Shown: in pieces, positions 58,843 to 64,000 of the stretch
Layout of the letters: every line of letters starts with the position of its first letter
Numbering within the stretch: position 1 is the first letter of the stretch
Source of the DNA: Amoebophrya sp. A120
Taxonomy: Eukaryota > Protista > Dinoflagellata
Assembly: GCA_905178155.1 (NCBI GenBank)
Contig: CAJINV010000004.1
Coordinates: 2,781,283 to 2,845,282, forward strand
DNA: 64,000 bases
Direction: 5' to 3'
The notes under the pieces: model-generated
What the model was told of the DNA's origin: nothing
Seen by the model: only the letters and a program-made list of their open reading frames with translations
Databases searched by the model: none
Program-made: the position numbers and the translations under genes

Positions 58843-60399
58843 CTTCAGCCCATTCCCTGCTCGCTCCTACTGCTCGTCCTGCTAGGGGCAATACAACATG
58901 AACAACGACTCTATAATGCACACGAAATTGATACAATACTGCCAACATAGCTGGAACATAACCGGGTAATTTTCATGAGTGCAAATTCCAAGATCGGACG
59001 GTTGCGTCAACCATTCCATTTTTATTGTGTGAGAAAGTCATTGGTGGACCACGTGGACCATCAGTAGTCTGCTCTCCGTTGTTTTTTTTGTTCAAGTTCA
59101 ACAAGAAGTTAGGCAACAACATGGAGGTGATGTTGACGACGTGCGTCCCCCTTTATTTGCCTTTGAAGCCATAATTCCATACGACAGAAATTTTTGACAC
59201 GAAGACTTCAATTTCATCCCTCTAGTTTGTTTGTTTGTTTGTAGTTATGCGTCAAGGTGGGAACGCGTTTACTCACCTTTTTTCTCTAGCGCTATTTCAA
59301 TAAAAGTTCATAGTTTATCCTTAATCCATATGAAGACTTTCAGTTCCACGAACATCGTGGAAGCCGATAATATATTTCACCACATAGACATAACCAGCAG
59401 CATTATGGACGAGCCAGCGGCTGGCACAGGAACATCACCCAGCACGGTACTATGATGAAAACGAGGTGGACCAGAGTCGGCGTCGACGTGGACAGTCATA
59501 CTGCTCCCGCCCCTTCGTTTCGAGTTTGTTCTCGTTGTTGCTTTTTTCTGGTCGTCAAAAATGTTGACATGCTCCACGCCGACCCCGGGCGGGAGGACAA
59601 AAATCTTTACAGTTTGTTTATGTTGTAGAAATCGACATCGGCATTTTCGAATTATCATAACCAGGCAGCACAAGAAAGGAAACCATGCGAGAAAACATCC
59701 TGATCCTGATACTTGATTTCGCAAGAAGTGTCCGACAGATCCGAAGCCTGCTTCCATGAAGATCGTGATCCTTGCATTAACAACATTTCACAACACCTCA
59801 ACAGCGTAATGTTGACGCCGGTAGTACAAAAACTACATTCATCGTATGGTGGTAATGTTAAGTTCATCAGTCGTTAAACTTTTGAAATTCGTCTACAGTG
59901 CTGCATGCCAGCAGCAGCGCTGCCAATCACAGCAGATAAATTGTTAAACATAATTCTGGTTCGTATAATGGATTATTGTTTGCAGATTGCTATTGCATGC
60001 GTATAAAAATCAGAATAAAGAAGTGGAATTGTCCTTGTCGTCACAAGTAAGTTGTTGACTGTGTCGGTTCGAGTGTCCATTAGTTGGTGAGAATCATTTG
60101 CGATGGATAAATCATAATCTGTGGTGTACTAAGTTTTAGCGTCACCCTGTGTCAATTCGATTTCGTGTCGCGCGATTTTTTTTTTACAAGTTAACCAGCC
60201 CAAGAAAAACTTCTCACGGAGGTGGAAACATTTATTTTCACATGGTTAAATCTTACAGGTAAAAATTCCTCACATTTGTTTCCCCTGCGTAAAGGAGAAG
60301 AAAAGTTCGACATAATTATCGTCCTGTCGATTCGATAAGCCTACTTTGACTTTCCCCGATCATTAGCTTTCCCCCTCGGCTTTTTTCTTGGCACCACCA

Positions 60400-63300
60400 G
60401 GCTTCAGGACGTCAGGAACTTTGAACCCCATCTCGGTCATGATTACCGCTAGCTTCGCCGGGTCTCGGGTGGCGCTTATCCGGTGCAAAAACGTACCCTA
60501 CTGCACCCCAGAGTTGTCATGCATGTCTGCATGCGCAGAGGCAGAAATAAAACGCAGATCTCATCCGTGGGGGAGCGCGCTGCACATAGTTCCTTCTGTA
60601 TAAATATTCATCATGTAGTTCTAGTGATCAGCAAAAGAGACAAGATCTGTCGTCTCTCTTGTAGCATTCATCACAGCTGCTAGAGGACACGACTACGTAA
60701 ACGTATACTACTTTCGTGAGTCTCCAACTTGAATATTGTCATGCGGAGTACTAGTTCCCAAAAGTTGAAGTTCTGAGCTGCATTTGTGTGGCAAAAGTCG
60801 CATCTTGATGCTGGGGGGCGGGTGCGCTTTTACTACACAGGATAGCATTCAAGGCCTCCTCCTTCGAGCTGAGTTCGCGGAACATTTGGTTCTTGATGTC
60901 CATCGCGCGCTATGAGAGTGCACAACTCCCCTTCCCTTTCCTTTGTGTTGCATGAACAGCAACAAAAGCCCTGGCAAAGATGCAGCTTTTGCATCACAAA
61001 TTCCTCAAGGATTGTAGTGCTGTTTTGGATTCCGGAATCTGTCATGCAAACAGTGTTCACAGGCAAAAGGTGGATTTGGAAATTTGCATGACAAATGAGG
61101 GGGAGGGGGACGAGTTGTGCACTTTCATACGCGCGCAAACTGTGCATCCTTAGCCTCCGCTTTCGACCGCGTTTCTGCCACCTGATGTTGAATTTGATAA
61201 ACGGCTTTTTTCTATTGATTTTGCGGCTTCAAAAGTGCATGACGAGTGTGCTGCAGCTCCTTATTTTGTGCTGGCCCTTGCGAAGAGCTGCATGGTGGAC
61301 GATGACAAGTTCAACTCTAAGTTGTAGAAGATTTATCCACCATATTTCTACGCATTCATTTTCACATTCTATCACCTTGACGCAACTCTTTTCCTCGTCC
61401 TTCAACTCTAGTAGAACTTTGAACTGATGTTGCTGTTTTTAAGTACCCTTACCTTCAAAAGCGAACAGGTCTTCGCCATTTCCTGTGCCCGGAGTTTCGC
61501 CTGGTAATTTCGCTTCTGCAGTATCCTTTCCAAAAACTTCTACCACACCTCCTCCGACCCACAACATGCCGACAAGCTGAGGAAGATGATTGAAGCAGCT
61601 TGGAAAAATATTAAACAGCGACTGCAATTTCTACTGTAAAACTGAAGGAAAGAAACCACCAGCACTGCAGCACTTCTTCTACCGGCGCAGAAGTAGCTCT
61701 GATGCAGCTCTTCACTGTTTTTTTTTTTTGAAAGTTTATCTGCATCGATGCACAAATTATAAAGCGGAAGATCATAAATGGCACACGGAGTAAAAACTCT
61801 TGAGTGGTTCATGAAGATTCCTCGCATGATTACTATATTTCTGTGTCTCAGACTCAGTCACTCAATAGAATGGAAACGTTTTATCGAATCCTCGTGCAGG
61901 GAGGTGGGTGGAAGTTCTGGAAGAGCAGTCGTGCCATCGGATATGCAAGGCGCCGAAAGTCTCGTATTTCTGTTCCTTGTGCGTGAAAACGTCCATGCCG
62001 TTCTTGATTTTTAGGTCCTTGACGTAGCTCTATCCGAATGCACAACTTCTTTCCCTCCCAACTGTTTCTGGAGATGCTCCATTCATGGTAGAGTACGGCT
62101 TTTATTTCATGGAAAATTTACACGGGATTGCAGTGCTGGTGGGGCTGCCGCTGCTGGTACCCATCATGCAAACAGTCCAAGTTGTGTGTTTTGCATGGCA
62201 AGTAGTAGAGGGGGAAGTGCAGGGGTACACTCTGATAAGCTCACCCGCTCGTCCATGTGCTTGGATCGCTGCTCGTATATCAACCAGAAAAGTGTTAACC
62301 TTAACCGTCTTCGCAGATTGATGCAGTCACGCATGACAGATTGTGCCTAGCACGCATGCTATGCAAGACAAATTTCATGCTCTTTTCGCACCATGTGTTC
62401 TTGCATCACAAATTCCTCGTCCGTTATCGTTATCACTTTTTCCTGTGATACCGTACTTTTCGTGCCGACCCTTGGTTTCTGACATGATGCTACCCTTGTT
62501 GCTCGTCATCGTCAAATATGCATTGCAAAAGCGTGCTACTGGTACGTAATGAGTGAAAATCAAATACAAGTAGAAGTAGTAGTAATTGCATCGCATCAAT
62601 AAATTTTCTCAGAATCTTCAAGAATGGACGACTTTCTCTATCATGTAGAACTAAGACTCGGTAAGTAGCGAAGCACATCAGACGCTTGATCATGTCACGA
62701 AAGACTGCAATCCAATTGGGACACGACTTTTGCGTGGGATATGGAAAACCGTTCTCCCATTTTCTCCTTCACTGTCTGACTGCGGTCTTTCAAAAACTGC
62801 CTGCGAGACGAAGCGACGTCCTGGTTCATCATTTTTCGGTTTTATACTAAGGGCAAATACTTCTTCAACTTTTACATTTAGTCTACCATTTTAGTAAAAG
62901 CTATGCTTTCTTTCGTCTATCTCACAACACCAGATGATATCATGTTTTGATGAACGAAATCAGAACCGGGGAGGCAAGATGAAGGAGCCATCTCCTGCAG
63001 CTATGAATGTCGACATCATGTTGAAAAAGAAACTTGAACTTCAACACAAAAAAATATACCGCATAGTGTCCTTCGAACTTTTCGTGTTTTTCCAGGCGTT
63101 CCCGGGCCTGCTGCGCCAGTGTGTTTGCGACGTCCTCCTTTATTTTCGCGAACTTTCGCTGCGAGGCGTCAGGTATGCATTGCAAAAGCATCGTGCTCGT
63201 CATGCTTCTCGTAGTAATTGGAATTCATTGCAACGCTACAAAAACTAGAGCGGGGTAACAAATGCGCCGTTATCTCGCAGCCGCGAGTTAACCTTCCGGC

Positions 63301-63660
63301 CGGCCGGACGGTTAACTCGCGGTTTGAATGGTTCTCAGTTGCTGAACGAGCCCAAAACCTGCCCGCGTGGTTTGGGTAGGTGTTGGGCTGGTTGAGCAGC
63401 TGAGAACCATTCAAACCGCGAGTTAACCGCCCGGCCGGCCGGCCGGAGGGTTAACTCGCGGCTGCGAGTTAACGGCACATTTGTTACCCCGCGCCTACAC
63501 TACTTGGGCAGGAGTGTGACGAATTTGAATTTCTCATGCTGAATACCCGAAGAAACCAGGCATGTCATGCAATTATGAATATTACCACGTACGAGCACGA
63601 TGCTATGGCAATAAAGGTGGATAGCAGTCTGCGCCTCGATTTTGGCTTGGATCTCAGCCT
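60400..63660 (-). CDS. Hypothetical charged, coiled-coil-like protein; 5' part lies beyond the window, 3' end approximate
   Basis: In-frame joins: KIEAQT|DASQRKFAKIKED, KMGERFS|TMTSNKG...HEKY|EQRSKHMDERVS|YVKDLKIK, HSLRA|MDIKNQMFRELSSKEE. Confidence 0.6.
60911..61129. mobile_element. Introner, family C
   Basis: TATGAGAGTGCACAACTC ... GAGTTGTGCACTTTCATA; perfect repeat CGCGC. Confidence 0.9.
62031..62237. mobile_element. Introner, family C-like
   Basis: TATCCGAATGCAC ... GTACACTCTGATA; perfect repeat AGCTC. Confidence 0.8.
62278..62450. mobile_element. Introner, family E
   Basis: TATCAACCAGAAAAGTGTTAAC ... GTTATCACTTTTTCCTGTGATA; repeats TCGTA/CCGTA. Confidence 0.8.
62517..62741. mobile_element. 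Introner, family A-like
   Basis: TATGCATTGCAAAAGCGTG ... CACGACTTTTGCGTGGGATA; repeats TCAAA/TGGAA; frame restored. Confidence 0.75.
63174..63623. mobile_element. Introner, family A, carrying a nested MITE
   Basis: TATGCATTGCAAAAGCATCGTGCTCGT ... ACGAGCACGATGCTATGGCAATAAAGGTGGATA; repeats TCAGG/GCAGT. Confidence 0.8.
63246..63497. mobile_element. Palindromic MITE (252 bp)
   Basis: TAGAGCGGGGTAACAAATG ... CATTTGTTACCCCGCGCCTA; the two halves are near-perfect reverse complements. No clear TSD. Confidence 0.8.
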
Positions 63661-63705
63661 TATGCATTGCAAATATGTCTGGGTCTGGGAGAATGCAGCT
63701 TGTCA
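63661..63705. mobile_element. Left terminus of a family B introner; partner end not seen in the window
   Basis: TATGCATTGCAAATATGTCTGGGTCTGG immediately adjacent to an exon. Confidence 0.65.
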
Positions 63706-64000
63706 ACATGCAACGTCGCGACCACGAAAAAATCTGTCGTGTTGTATGAACCTCGTCCCCGCCAAAAGCCGCTCGCTAATTGCTAGGCAAAATAAGTAGG
63801 CGGATTTCTCTCTCATGCGGGAAAGGCATTAAGATACAAGGCCGCAGCTTATGTCGCGCAGTGGGAGGGTGAACGAGTGGACAGGGGGGAAAGAAGAACG
63901 CCAGAGGATGGGCAAGGGGAAAGATTTCTGACGCAGGGTGGGGCCAAGCATCTGCGCCGCTTCTTGTTGAGCGAACCAATGTGGAGCGCCATAGAGCCCG

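Overview
Eukaryotic nuclear DNA, most likely from a parasitic syndinian dinoflagellate such as Amoebophrya. This is inferred from the intron style, not from a database match. Every gene I can reconstruct lies on the minus strand: a DCN1-like protein, a DDX5/Dbp2-like DEAD-box helicase, coatomer zeta, an ankyrin-like/BTB protein, two paralogous small signal-peptide proteins and several hypothetical proteins. The dominant feature is about 40 non-canonical 'introner' introns of 109-450 bp. Each has terminal inverted repeats starting TAT and ending ATA (rarely TGT/GTA), a flanking 5-bp direct repeat, and usually the internal motif GCAT(G/C/T)ACAAA. They fall into at least five TIR families and occur in both orientations. 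Removing an element plus one repeat copy restores the reading frame, including the DEAD motif itself and all five COPZ introns. Other insertions: two ~1.4-kb GC-rich segments flanked by perfect 34-bp and 63-bp direct repeats, a Mutator-like element with telomere-type repeats and a 52-bp perfect palindrome, a 2.1-kb TIR element with a 5-bp TSD, and a palindromic MITE nested inside an introner. No transposase ORF was recognised. All coordinates and translations were read by eye.
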